From an uncultured Methanosarcinaceae archaeon (GTDB taxonomy: Archaea; Halobacteriota; Methanosarcinia; Methanosarcinales; Methanosarcinaceae): 64,000 bases of DNA. Numbering within the stretch: the stretch's first letter is position 1; every line of letters begins with the position of its first letter. Location of the stretch: contig CAVTET010000001.1 of NCBI GenBank assembly GCA_963733675.1, positions 192,001 through 256,000 of the forward strand. Reading direction: 5' to 3'. Positions 10,823-22,602 of this stretch are shown here, in pieces. The translations under genes and the position numbers were made by a program. The notes below the pieces were generated by a model. The model had not been told where the DNA came from. It searched no databases and saw only the letters and a list, made by a program, of their open reading frames with translations.

Positions 10823-12781
10823 ATGAGGGAAGAATATATTGAAGTGCAGGGAAATAAGATTCGAATCCTTGATCAGGATACAATAAACAAAATCGCAGCA
10901 GGAGAAGTAATTGAACGCCCGGCATCCGTGGTAAAGGAACTGGTAGATAATTCAATCGATGCAGAAGCTAACGATATCCGGATCGAGGTCGAAAAGGGTG
11001 GGAAAAAATCAATTCTGATTCGGGACAATGGTTGCGGGATGAACAGGGCAGATGCACTTATTGCATACAAAAAACACGCAACAAGCAAACTTACTAAAAT
11101 AGCGGATCTTGACACTATCTCGACAATGGGCTTCAGGGGAGAAGCTCTTGCTTCGATCACAGCTGTTGCAAAGACGGAAATCCTTACCCGGCCCTCAAAA
11201 GAAATCACTGGCACGAAGATAGTAATCCATGGTGGAAAAGTACTTGACACCTCAGATGCAGGCACTGCTCCAGGCACCTCTGTTCATGTAAAGGATCTCT
11301 TTTATAATACGCCTGCAAGATGCAAATACCTTAAAAGTGATCGTATAGAACTTTCCTATATCACAGATACAGTTACGCAGCTTGCCCTGGCAAATACAAA
11401 TATTTCTTTTACCCTTCTCAGTGAAGGGAAACCAGTCCTTAGAAAAATTGGATCAAGCGATCTTTTCAATTGTATTGTCAATATTTTGGGGCCAGATATC
11501 GCTCGCTCGATGCTTCCTTTAGAACATAAGACAGAAGACTTTGAAATTCGAGGCTACATCTCGAAACCGGAAACTAACAGAGCAGAAAGTGACCAGATTT
11601 TTCTTTTTGTAAATACTCGCCCTGTATCTTCAAGAGCTATCACTACTGCTGTACGTATGGGATACTATACCAAGATCCCAAAAGGACGTTATCCTGTTGC
11701 AGTACTCTTTCTTATTCTTGATCCTAGAGAAGTGGATGTTAATGTTCATCCCCGAAAAGCCGAGGTTCGTTTTAGCCGGGAAAAAGAGCTCGAGGATGCT
11801 GTCACAGTTGCCGTTGAAAAGATCCTCTCTGAACATGGACTTGTACCTGAGATCATGGAAAATGGGAGGAGGGCTTTTCAGAAAACTTTCGAAGTTTTAG
11901 GTTCTTCAGGAAGATTGCATGTATCAAGCGATCAGGAAACCTCCCAAAAAATGATTGCGGAAACAGAGATTGCAAAGAAATATGAAGTTCCTGAGAGCAG
12001 TAGCAAAATCCATCGAAAAAGTGCAAAAGCTTATACATATCCCGTAAAAGATACTGAAAGAAAGCTAAAAAAATCAGAGCACCTTCTGGATTTTGCTGGA
12101 GAAAAAGAAGTACAGGGGGCCTTGAGAAAAAACAAGCAGGATGGTGAGATATGGGAAGAAATGAGAATAATAACTGAAGATGATAAGCAAAAACCAAATA
12201 CCGAATCCCTTGAAGATCTTCGGATAATTGGTCAAGTTTCAAAAATGTATATCCTTGCCGAAAAAGGAGAAGATTTAGTTCTTATTGATCAGCATGCAGC
12301 CCACGAGAGAATTCTTTACGAGAAGGTATTAAAAATTAAAAAATCTAGAGTGCAGGAGCTTATAATACCCATAACTATAGACCTCACCCCAAAGGAAAAA
12401 GTGCTTATGGAAGAATATATCCCCTACCTTGAAGAATACGGCTTCGGAATCTCGGAATTCGGTGACAATACTTATGTAGTGACATTCGTACCCGAGGTTT
12501 TCGGGCAGCTTGAGAATCCAGAACTTATCCATGATATAGTCTCCGACCTTTTAGCTACAGGAAAGGTTAAAAAGGATACTGGAATTTCAGAAAAAGTTTG
12601 TAAGATCCTGGCATGTAGGACTGCAATTAAAGGTGGAGCAGCTTTCAACTCCATACAGATGAAGGAGCTAATAGAACAGCTCAAAAAGGCTGAAAATCCC
12701 TACTCATGCCCCCACGGAAGGCCAACTATCATAACCTTTAAAAAAGGCGAACTGGACCGCATGTTCGCAAGGACAAGATAA
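10823..12781 (+). CDS. mutL: DNA mismatch repair endonuclease MutL
   Basis: IAAGEVIERPASVVKELVDNSIDA, GFRGEAL, DVNVHP, DQHAAHERILYE, CPHGRP. Confidence 0.98.
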   Translation: MREEYIEVQGNKIRILDQDTINKIAAGEVIERPASVVKELVDNSIDAEANDIRIEVEKGGKKSILIRDNGCGMNRADALIAYKKHATSKLTKIADLDTISTMGFRGEALASITAVAKTEILTRPSKEITGTKIVIHGGKVLDTSDAGTAPGTSVHVKDLFYNTPARCKYLKSDRIELSYITDTVTQLALANTNISFTLLSEGKPVLRKIGSSDLFNCIVNILGPDIARSMLPLEHKTEDFEIRGYISKPETNRAESDQIFLFVNTRPVSSRAITTAVRMGYYTKIPKGRYPVAVLFLILDPREVDVNVHPRKAEVRFSREKELEDAVTVAVEKILSEHGLVPEIMENGRRAFQKTFEVLGSSGRLHVSSDQETSQKMIAETEIAKKYEVPESSSKIHRKSAKAYTYPVKDTERKLKKSEHLLDFAGEKEVQGALRKNKQDGEIWEEMRIITEDDKQKPNTESLEDLRIIGQVSKMYILAEKGEDLVLIDQHAAHERILYEKVLKIKKSRVQELIIPITIDLTPKEKVLMEEYIPYLEEYGFGISEFGDNTYVVTFVPEVFGQLENPELIHDIVSDLLATGKVKKDTGISEKVCKILACRTAIKGGAAFNSIQMKELIEQLKKAENPYSCPHGRPTIITFKKGELDRMFARTR

Positions 12782-13094
12782 AACTGTTGTAAATTTAAAG
12801 TTTCAAAATATGGATTTTAAGAGGTATATACCAGCTACAAACCAGATTAGATACAAATTTAGCTAAATAATTAAGTTATAGAGCAGTAGATATTGGTCTT
12901 CAAAATGCAAAATTAAGAGCTTGAAGGTTATTAATTTTGAATTTCAACTGCATGAATCCTATTTATTTAGAATATATAAATATGCAGGCAAAATATATCG
13001 AAACTTGTAGTTACATATTCACAGATAATGACAATTTTACAAAACTCTGTTTAGTTTTTAATTTTTAAAAAAATCTTCCCGTTGTTGTAGTTGA

Positions 13095-13270
13095 AATATA
13101 CTATTTTTTTCCCTTGCTGGTGACATAAATTGCCTTTAAATCTCTCAGCTTAGTGAGATTTCTGGAAATTGTACTTCCAGAAATCTGCAAACGATCGGCT
13201 ATTTCTGATGCTATTGTTAGTTCGTGATCTATAATATCTCCCAATAATATGTTTAGTTTTCATTCAGACT
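13095..13270 (-). pseudogene. Winged-helix/HTH domain fragment
   Basis: Minus strand reads TIASEIADRLQISGSTISRNLTKLRDLKAI, flanked by stops. Confidence 0.45.
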
Positions 13271-14066
13271 ATTTACAAGGCGTTGCAAGGAGATTTTCCC
13301 AAGTTCACGATCTACATCACTATAATTTACAATTACTTATTTTTGCTACGCCATAGAATTGATTTGAAAACTCGTTAGAGATTTAAACAATACTTCAGCA
13401 CCAGTTAATCCCTATTTAACACAATAATTACACTTGAGCTGAAATATAACAGGATTTACTCTGTTGAAACGTAAGATCAGCAATAGAAAATCCTTCATTT
13501 CATCAATATTATGATTTGACAAGGATAATTAATATTTTTAATATCCAGCTCTAATAACATGCTAACATCAAATATGGGAACCACCAAACCATACATTAAC
13601 TTGTATTTCCTGTGTTGCAAATTGAGAGGCATCACAAAATGTAATTCTTAAGGGTATTTTCTGAATTATAGCTTATTTAGGACGTTTACTTGCTTTAATT
13701 TTATTATGCAACTTGTCATCAGGCACTAGGATTTGGTTTAAGGTCTTTTTTGAGCGTTGGAGAATTATCGTTTAATTATAAACCTATTAAAAATGACAAA
13801 GATATATCTTGGAAAACAACATTAAAATATTTTTCACTGGAAATAAGTGATCTTTAATTAACTATATTCCGTCTTATATTTTTAGAAATCTACAACTGGG
13901 TTATATTTGACAAAATAAATTAACTTAAAATTTATTGGTTCCATGATTTTTAATAATGTTGGTTTCTTTGTGCATAAAAACCAGGATTATGAAATATGAC
14001 CTTGAAGCAAGGGTTGAACAGCTTGAAAAAAAGCTCGATACACACTTAGAATCGGAAAAATGTCAA

Positions 14067-14140
14067 TGGGCCCGCTGAGATTCGAACTCAGGATCCCCGC
14101 CGTGTAAAGGCGATGTCATGACCGACTAGACCACGAGCCC
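14067..14140 (-). tRNA. tRNA-Val(TAC)
   Basis: Reverse complement GGGCTCGTGGTCTAGTCGG...TCGCC-TTTACAC-GGCGG...CTGAGTTCGAATCTCAGCGGGCCCA forms a cloverleaf. Confidence 0.96.
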
Positions 14141-15367
14141 AGTTTGCTATTGGTTGTATTTTATGGATTACTCTAAATGCAAAACCAAAATGCTACTAAT
14201 TGTATATATCTTTTTTGTTCCTCAAATATTTTTTTATCCTGAAATAATTTTACTGCGGAACTCTTTTAATTTTTTATATTTTTATAACTCAAACATTTCA
14301 GTTTTTATTCTAAATTTTGATCATGTTGATAATTTCTTCTAAAAGGCATATTCTGATAATCCAGTTCTTCAAATTTCAAGGCTATTTGAAGTTTTCGGTT
14401 ACCACTTATATTAACCCAATGTTAATCGAATTATCTTATATGAGCCATTCCATAATCTAGTTATTGATTTCTTTAATGTACATATATTCTAGCATTCTCT
14501 AAAAAGTTAGTCTATAATTAAAATCTTTTTTCTAGTGTCAGAATTATAGTAAACTCAAGAATTAATTATAATTATCAAATTATTTGAATATCATGAAACA
14601 TAATTATTTATGCTTAAGTAACTTGAAGTTTCATAACTAGTGAAGAAAAATGAAAGGTATGGAAAAACTATTTCTTTATTTTCCTTCGACCATGTTTTTA
14701 GCGCTTTTGTGGTTTATTTTTGCACTTAAGTTACATAGTTCCGAATCTGGTCAATTCCTAAACTAGTTCTACAAATCAGAAAAATATCAAAAAAATTATC
14801 AAAATTAATAAAGTTGTTGATTGTGAAAAAGAAAAATTACTCCACTTATGGTATAGACAAAACAGTTTACTGTCTTCACCTTTTGGATTTAATCAATGAA
14901 CCAGAAAAGAGAAAATCGGGTAAAATATCGAAATCAGCAGGAAATATTCAGACAACGTTCACGGAAAAAAACAGTGATAAATAGGAATCCCATATAATTT
15001 TTAAAACAAATCATTTTTTCAAAGATAATTATTTATTTTTAAGTAACTTGAAATTCTATGAACACTGAAAAGTAGAAAGAAAACGAAAAACATCCCAATC
15101 ACTTGTTCCTTCCACGCATTCCGTATTTCTCATTTTAGTAATTGTTGATTTCTACTGTGAGGACTATAAATCGTGGATATTTGATGCTCGAATGTCATAG
15201 GAAGCCAGAATTTGTGTTTTATTACCCATAGAAAACCTGAAGATGACAACCAGGGGTTTCCAAATAGTATCACCGATCAAACAAGAACCTAAATAACTAA
15301 AAATCTGAAAAAGTGCAACAGGTAAGTTTCAGGAAAGTATAATTAAATACTCTGATTCGGTCTTCAT

Positions 15368-16132
15368 TCAGCCCACTAAAACGCGCGTGATAATATAATA
15401 ACCCAAATCCCCGAAAACAACTGCAGTGATAAAGCCTGCTGTAATTGAGAGCATGAAAGGTATACCAGGAGTAACCCATACCTCTTTTCCAATAAGCTCT
15501 TTTTTTATATATTCTTCAATTTCTGGTTTATGGTTCAAATCGAAGCCAAGTCTTGTCCACACAAACTTTTTCTTAATATTTCCTCTTTCTCCAACTTCGA
15601 ATTTCTCCAGTAAACTAAGATGTTCTTTATTTTCCATGGAATAGATATCGATCATATACCCAATGAACATGTAAAATGGTTTCTTCAACATTTCAGGAGA
15701 GAAATATACGAGGTTATAACAGAACAACCCCAAAGGAACAATAGTTGTCATCAGGATAGCATTTTCTAAGACAGTAAAAGTAAAAAGCCCTATTATAGGA
15801 AGCCCCAGCAGGGGAGAGGTCACTCCTGAGAAATGGATGATAGGATAAAGGGGGAAAAAGATTGAAAGTACTATAAGTCCCTTTGCATCCCCGCCTCCGA
15901 TAGCTCCAAGCTGAAAAAGAATATAAACAGAGCAAAACACGATTATTCCAGAAAGGAACAGAGCTTTTAGATAGGGGATACTACCCATTAAAATTTCATA
16001 AAATACAAACACTGAACCAAAGATTAGCATACACTTCCATACTCTGTTTGAGACACTGCGGGCTTTTATGTCTGAATAACACGAATAAAGCAAAAAGGGA
16101 ATAGTAAAAACTATTTTGATTATTTCGATCAT
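15368..16132 (-). CDS. A24-family prepilin/preflagellin peptidase (FlaK/PibD-like)
   Basis: YSDIK and GGGDAK catalytic aspartate motifs, several TM helices, C-terminal VWVTPGIPFM. Confidence 0.92.
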   Translation of the reverse strand: MIEIIKIVFTIPFLLYSCYSDIKARSVSNRVWKCMLIFGSVFVFYEILMGSIPYLKALFLSGIIVFCSVYILFQLGAIGGGDAKGLIVLSIFFPLYPIIHFSGVTSPLLGLPIIGLFTFTVLENAILMTTIVPLGLFCYNLVYFSPEMLKKPFYMFIGYMIDIYSMENKEHLSLLEKFEVGERGNIKKKFVWTRLGFDLNHKPEIEEYIKKELIGKEVWVTPGIPFMLSITAGFITAVVFGDLGYYIITRVLVG

Positions 16133-16749
16133 TTCAACCCTGCAATAGAATTATTTGATAGAAATTCACATTATTACTTATCCACTTTATTAAAAACTAT
16201 TTGCATAACCCTCTGATTTTAAGAGCCATATCATATCCATTTCTAAGCAGGTGGCATAACTTAGGGATTTATTGAAATATCCTACAGTATTTTAGATTTG
16301 TTCTCGTTCCGAATAACCATTCTTGTTGGAGTCATTTTTTCTCAATAGTTAACAAGAAAAAACGGTATCATATATCTTAATTCCGTTTTTTGCAATTGAC
16401 TCTAAAAAAATTCAAAGTTATAGAGTTATTAAGTGGGAATCATAACTAATCTCCACTGAACACAATTTCGGAATATGAACACGATAAAGCCATCCATTTT
16501 TTCAATCTGAAAGTAACTTAAAAATTGATCCAACTTTCAATGAACAATAGTGAAAATAGGCAAACAAATTATACATATTTTACATCTGCTGAGTGTTGGA
16601 CTAAACAATTTGTGAATTTTTTTCAAAATGCATTTTTGATATTGCATATATACACGAATCTAGAAATTTGCTCTCTATTTTATTCTTTATTAACTTTTAG
16701 TAAGTGTTCTCGGGGGTATTTTGGCATGGAAGTATATGAATAAATCTCT

Positions 16750-17130
16750 CTCACTTGTTATTTTCTTCCTCGCTCTCATAATTGAGATAATTCCACCAAT
16801 TATTTTTTACGCTCCTCAACCTAAAATTTATCATTCTCAAAAATTTATCTCTTTGAAATTTCTTCCTTTTTATACTATTTTTCATCTTTATATATGTCAT
16901 CATTTGTAATAAGATGCCATATTTTTGTGGCAATTTACTTTGTCAGTGTAATAATTGCCTTTGCATGTTCAATTGATTTCTTATTTAGTTTAAAAGAATA
17001 GATTGATTTTCTATTTTCCTGTCTTGCTACTGCTTGAGCAATCTGCGTTGCAATCCACTTTTCAATCCTTTTTCCTCTTTTTGGAGAGGAGGAGAACGTG
17101 TATATTTGTCATTGAAAACTACATGAAGCC
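16750..17130 (-). mobile_element. IS110-family transposase C-terminal remnant
   Basis: Minus strand reads KWIATQIAQAVAR...KKSIEHAKAIITLTK*IATKIWHLITNDDIYKDE, a typical IS110 C-terminus. Confidence 0.7.
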
Positions 17131-17448
17131 AGTTTTCTTCTTTTTTAATTTTTTATCCCTATTTAATCGCACTGGGTTTTAAAACGATGTGATTAGGAAA
17201 TAAAAAAATAACGAGAAAGTATTTATACAATTTCCATAGGCTTTCTAATGATTTTTGATCCAAACATGAGGGTTATTCCAAATGGGATTTAGACTGTCAA
17301 ATTAAGACTGAATCTTAAAAATATAGCTATTGCTGTTTGTTACTTAGACTTAACAACAAAGCTAAATGAAAAAAGGGCATTTTAACTTGAAAAAATAGCA
17401 AGCTATTATTTAAGCTTAAGCAAATTTCTGTTAGGATTTGTTAATTTA

Positions 17449-17532
17449 CGCCCAAGGCAGGATTTGAACCTGCGCTCTCTCAAAAGAGAAACGGTTTTCG
17501 AGACCGTCGCCTTACCACTAGACTACCTGGGC
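17449..17532 (-). tRNA. tRNA-Ser(CGA)
   Basis: Reverse complement GCCCAGGTAGTCTAGTGG...ACGGT-CTCGAAA-ACCGT, long variable arm, GCAGGTTCAAATCCTGC-CTTGGGCG. Confidence 0.96.
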
Positions 17533-18859
17533 ATTTATAAATATACGAAAAAATTCATGATTATTGTCCAATGCTCCGAATGAAGTTAATTTAATATGCT
17601 TTCTCTCTTATATATTTTATTATCAGCGCGTTAGTTCCGGATCTCATCAGTTCCAAAATAACTTCTACAAATCAGAAGAATACCAAAAAAAATTATTCAA
17701 GGTAATGAAGTAGCGATTATGACGGAGTAAAATTATTTCACTTTTAGTATAGAATAGATAGTTTATTGTCTGTATCATTTAATAATGTAGTATCTTTGAT
17801 ATAATAACTTTACCTGATGATGCAAATTATATATATATCAAAAAGTTCTTAAATTGTTTGTTTCATACTGCAAAATTTACTACAAATTTTCTTGAAGCTG
17901 CAAACATGATTTAAAATCAAAGCTACCAATAATAAAAATTCTTTAAGACTAATATTGTTGTTAATTATATAAAATTAAATTCTCTTAAATTAATGATTCT
18001 ATTAAATTAATATTTCTCCTTTACTTTGGTATATAATAGTTACACTTTTTTAGACGATTGACCTTCAAAATAAAATTCAAGATATTGCTTACTTTCATTA
18101 TATTCCATATTATGGGAGCATGTGCACTTCATATATTAAGGGATTAACACTGGTGGATAGAACTTTCTGGTGATATTTATTCTATGCCTTAGATATAATA
18201 AAACTCTAAAATAGAGTGCCTCAAACAGTTAAAATTCTTTACATATATAGGGTTTTATTAGTAGTTCAGAGCATACCCTAAAAGCTGAAAAATGACTAAA
18301 TTTTTCGGTATACTTCCTTATATTTGAGCCCTAGTTAGTAAGTTTAGTGAGCGAAAAATCAAAGAAATCTTCGCTTTTCCCTACTATAAGCCATGGTTGA
18401 TTAAAGTTTCACTATTCTTTAACTTGTTCATGCATTTGAAAGAGATTCAGCTTGAATCAAAAGTGAATGTATATATATTAGAGTCTATCCGAAAAGTCAT
18501 CAATGGCATGTTGTGAAGTATCCAAACAGGGAGCTGGGAATACACATAAACTTTATGAGCTCATTAGAAGCCCATGCTGGAGTTTAAATCGCCGCGCTAA
18601 TAGATTACCTTAACTTATTGAAAATTATGCTTTAAAAAATTATAAGGATACTTTTTATAATTTCTATATTATAATATATTTTTAAAATATCAAAGATGAG
18701 ATCTTTGGATACCAAGAGTAGTATTCTTGAGTCAGAAAAATTATATTCTCATTTACCATACTTTTTTAATAAACAAAGTTAAATTAAAGCTTGAAAGTGT
18801 TTTCCTTATATGTTAAAAGTTAATTTTTGAAACTCTGGGGGTTGATTGGTAAAGTGAAA

Positions 18860-18968
18860 TAGAAAGTTGAATCTTCTTATTATTGCCTACCACATAGAGT
18901 ATCAGTTCATAAAGATTTTTATCGTGCTTGACTTGCTTCGTTGAGTCTTTCGTTTGCTTTGTTTCCAT
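18860..18968 (-). pseudogene. kaiB: KaiB-like protein N-terminal fragment
   Basis: METKQTKDSTKQVKHDKNLYELILYVVGNNKK contains the KaiB YxLxLYVxG strand; directly downstream of the kaiC relic. Confidence 0.55.
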
Positions 18969-18990
18969 TGTCAAAGTCTCCATCGCTCAA

Positions 18991-19735
18991 TTAGACAAAC
19001 TCGGCTCTCCTTATTCGTACCATCTCACTTTTATTTGCTTCCAGCGCCTTTATCCTGATTGTATCTTCAGATGTGAGCTTATCAAGCTCCTCTTTCTGTA
19101 TCTCAAACTCGGAGCTTAATTCTGTTATCTGAGCATCCAGGAATTTTAGCTTGCTTTCCAGCTCTTGAGGATCCCATAAGTAAGCCTCCTGAAGATCCAA
19201 GGTATGCATCTTGGATCTTTATGCCATTATCCAGTCACCAGATATTCCCTGATCTGGTTGGAGTGCTCCATGCCTCTGGATTTGATCCCCGAGACTCCAA
19301 GATTGCGCTAGCTGTCATTCTCAAAGAAACGGAGATTGGTCCAAGTATCCATGAGAGAAGATATACCCTGAGCGTTTATGCCCTCGATACTCTCGTGTTC
19401 TATCAGGCTAGTGCATAAAGTAATAATATTCTTGAGCTTCAAGTAATCAACAAGCCTTGTGAGCGTGAACTTGACATTGGTTTCATCACCTACGTTGATC
19501 ATGTTGGATATCGGATTTAAGATCACGACTGCTGGTTTGAACTTATCGATCAACCTGTGCATGGCTACCAGGTGCATTTCCAAGCTGTAGGCCATGGGCC
19601 GTGAAGCACTTATTTGCATTAAACCGGTATCGACGTAGGGCTGGAAGTCTATACCTATAGATCTCATGTTTCTGATTACCTGGCTTGGAGATTCCTCGAA
19701 AGAGAAGTATAGACAGCGTTCTCCCCGCTCACTCA
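18991..19735 (-). pseudogene. kaiC: KaiC-family ATPase, CII domain and coiled-coil tail, decayed
   Basis: ERGERCLYFSFEES.SQVIRNMRSIG, ISSLMDTW, then TAG, KSRGMEHSNQIREY, frameshifts, coiled-coil tail. Confidence 0.85.
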
Positions 19736-20040
19736 GTGGTACTGCTCCTTCCTGTTTTGCAAACGCTAGATAAGGATCGCCTGTGGAATATGCAGCTTTT
19801 ATTTCTGGATCATCTGACAAAGCAGCTGCCATCAGAAATTCTTATCGATAATAATCAATGTAAGCCAGAACTTTTCATTTTCCAGGTTTGATAAGGCTTC
19901 TAAGCCATATTGCAGGCATAAACATAAACTTAAAAGTGCTTGGAGCGTTTCTTACAGTTTTTGTCCCAAAAAGTGATAGTAAAAATCTATTTAGTCCGTC
20001 AGATCCAACTGGAATGTCTAAAAGTCTTAATTGCCCTAAA
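19736..20040 (-). pseudogene. Family A DNA polymerase fragment
   Basis: VGSDGLNRFLLSLFGTKTVRNAPS.FKFMF.PAIWLRSLIKPGK*KVLAYIDYYR*EFLMAAALSDDPEIKAAYSTGDPYLAFAKQEG (motif A region). Confidence 0.75.
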
Positions 20041-20377
20041 ATAATACTTGATTTTATCTACATAAATGAGCTAAGCAAAGAATATTCGACACTTATGGAA
20101 TTTAATTGAGTAAGAAATATGAGTTTTGAACTTGATTAATATAACTATATTTCATCTATATTGATTGTGAATTACACTCAATATCTTAGTGTGGACTGTT
20201 CATAATATTTATTTTAAAAACCGACTATACTAAATTTTTTAGAGGCTATCACAGAAATAGAATTAAAATATATAATAAAGTTTTTTCTTATGAACTATTG
20301 AGTAAAATTTTTAATTGAATAAGTAATAGTCGTTCGGAATAATAGCAAATCGGGACTACTGCAGAGGAGTCGGTCTT

Positions 20378-21769
20378 CTAAAAATCAAAGAGTGAACTTT
20401 GACACTTAGAGTTGTCTGTTTTTTCATTTTCTAATTCTTCGTTCTTTTTTTCAAATTTTTTATCGTTTTTTTTCACAGTATTTATTTTTCCGAGGTCCGA
20501 AAACACTATATGATCGATTTGTTCAACTCGTCCGCATTCTGAGTATTTTGAGTTTTTTTTCATTCCGGATCCTTCTTTCATGCATGACTCATATTTTTCC
20601 ACCTTAAGGTTCTCAGGCAATTCCAGCCACCCGTAGTGCCCTCCTCCACCTGGGTGAATGATAACATTGCCTTTTCTAAAAGCAAGTATCGCATCTACTA
20701 TCCTTTTGTCTACTCTTTTGAGGTCCTCAGGCTCTGAATGAATAAGAGCTTCAACCTCGTTTCCAAAATGTTCTACAAGAATATTCCAGGCAGTTTTCAC
20801 ACCTTTTGTCTGGACACTTGAATGTCCGAGAGCCATCTGGATTATCTCTGTAAGAGGAATCAGATGGAGGTAAGGGGGGCGATGGTCAGGGTGTATGGGC
20901 TCTTTAAAATCTGCGAGTTCTTTGATACGATCTAAAACTCCTTTCTTTATGATGCCTCTACACACCGAGCAGCGCCAGTTATGCTCGACGGCTTCAGGTA
21001 ATGAATACTGGGTGAAGCACTTAATACAGGCTGAACGATTGTATTTGCCTTCTTCAGGAAAGAACCCTACATTCAGAGTAGCTCTGTATCCCTGTTTTCT
21101 GAGAATTGCTTTTTTCAGGCCATCAAAAGTAATCTCTGGAACATCAAATTGCGTGAACTCCCTGGACAGTTTATTGGTTGAAGGAGAATGGGCATCAGAA
21201 TTTGAAAGAAAAGTAAGTCGATGCAATTCTTCGATTCTATCTGCATAGTCGCTATCTGCACTCAGTCCAAGCTCTAGAAAAGAAACATAACCCGTCATAT
21301 AGCCATAACAGCTCTGCAAACTGTCGTGGTAGCCATAAAGTGCTGTCCAGGGAGTAAATGCATGGCAGGGGCCTATTAGAGCTCCAAGGTCTTTTGCAAT
21401 TTCTGCAATTTCGATGCCATTCAGATTTACAGTGGGACGTCCATCGGCTTCAAGATTCCCAAAGGGGGAAATGCGTTCTGCAAGCTCTTCAGCTTTAGAA
21501 ATCGAAGGCAAAATCAGAAGGTGGTGTACACGTTTATTATCTTCTATCTCAGTAGTAGGAATGAAATAAATACCTTCGATGCGGATATCTTCATTTGAGA
21601 TGGAAAACTGTTTTATTTCTTCAAGCCATTTAGGATGAGTACAGTCCGCAGTACCGAGCAATTCCATTCCTTTTTTCGAAGCCTCTCTGGCAATCGTTGG
21701 AAGTTCCATTTTCCTTGAAGATGCCATGGAGTACTTTGAATGGAGATGGAGGTCTGTGTTGACTTTCAT
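20378..21769 (-). CDS. TIGR00375 PHP-domain protein (endonuclease Q family)
   Basis: DLHLHSKYS, HAFTPW, ELGLSAD, SNSDAHS, GKYNRSAC..C / C..C zinc site, PGGGGHYG, C-terminal QSSLFDF. Confidence 0.9.
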   Translation of the reverse strand: MKVNTDLHLHSKYSMASSRKMELPTIAREASKKGMELLGTADCTHPKWLEEIKQFSISNEDIRIEGIYFIPTTEIEDNKRVHHLLILPSISKAEELAERISPFGNLEADGRPTVNLNGIEIAEIAKDLGALIGPCHAFTPWTALYGYHDSLQSCYGYMTGYVSFLELGLSADSDYADRIEELHRLTFLSNSDAHSPSTNKLSREFTQFDVPEITFDGLKKAILRKQGYRATLNVGFFPEEGKYNRSACIKCFTQYSLPEAVEHNWRCSVCRGIIKKGVLDRIKELADFKEPIHPDHRPPYLHLIPLTEIIQMALGHSSVQTKGVKTAWNILVEHFGNEVEALIHSEPEDLKRVDKRIVDAILAFRKGNVIIHPGGGGHYGWLELPENLKVEKYESCMKEGSGMKKNSKYSECGRVEQIDHIVFSDLGKINTVKKNDKKFEKKNEELENEKTDNSKCQSSLFDF

Positions 21770-21831
21770 TTACTCTCTTTACCCAAAATTCTAATTTTTC
21801 AAAATTTAGTCTTCCCATTTTTTACTGAATA

Positions 21832-22602
21832 TCATCCGATATAGCGCAGGTCCTCTTCAGTGGGTTTAACTTCCTGAAAGCTCTGTTGCTCTTCTTTTTC
21901 TTTCAGCTTTTCCATTATGCTTTCCATTTCCTCTGTTTTTTTCTCGAGTGAGTCCATGTTTACCTCTATATCAAAAATTTTACAAACTACTTTTAAAAGG
22001 TACTGGGCACTTTTAGGATCCATAAGATATCCAGGTGTCATACCCATAAGACAGGCGGCTTCAATGCCACGCATCTTGCTGAAAGCTACCAGCAAACCCG
22101 AAGCTCCCACAATCCCCCCACTTGGTTCAAATTCCCTGAACTCTACCCCATAATTTTTGATCTCTTCGATTAATTTAGTATCGTTTGCGACTCCTAGGAC
22201 TGTTTCCTCATAGGTAAGTTTGCCTGTGGGGTAACCCCCTAGCGTGTAAATTCTTGGAACTTTGAATTCCTCTGCAACATCAAGGTAAAGAGAACATAGT
22301 TCATAGTGTCCCTGTGAGGTAGTGCTCTGGTGATCTCCTACAAGGAAAAGGACATCGTTTCCATTTGCTTTCCCGTGGTATATCATATTGCTTACTAGAC
22401 GGACGGTGCAATCTTTATTAATCAGTACCTGGGGTGGGAAGTGGGGAGAATAAACCTCCATAATCTTTTCAGCCCCAAGTTCGTCTACCAGGTGCTCTGC
22501 CACTAGCTTACCTACAAGTCCTACTCCTGGAAGTCCAACTAACATCACAGGTTTTTTGATCTCAAGGTCATCTTTCAGGCGGACAAGTGTACTTTTCTGC
22601 AT
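21832..22602 (-). CDS. Proteasome assembly chaperone (PAC2) family protein
   Basis: GLPGVGLVGK, FPPQV, GIVGASGLL, C-terminal LRYIG; conserved position after nop10. Confidence 0.9.
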   Translation of the reverse strand: MQKSTLVRLKDDLEIKKPVMLVGLPGVGLVGKLVAEHLVDELGAEKIMEVYSPHFPPQVLINKDCTVRLVSNMIYHGKANGNDVLFLVGDHQSTTSQGHYELCSLYLDVAEEFKVPRIYTLGGYPTGKLTYEETVLGVANDTKLIEEIKNYGVEFREFEPSGGIVGASGLLVAFSKMRGIEAACLMGMTPGYLMDPKSAQYLLKVVCKIFDIEVNMDSLEKKTEEMESIMEKLKEKEEQQSFQEVKPTEEDLRYIG

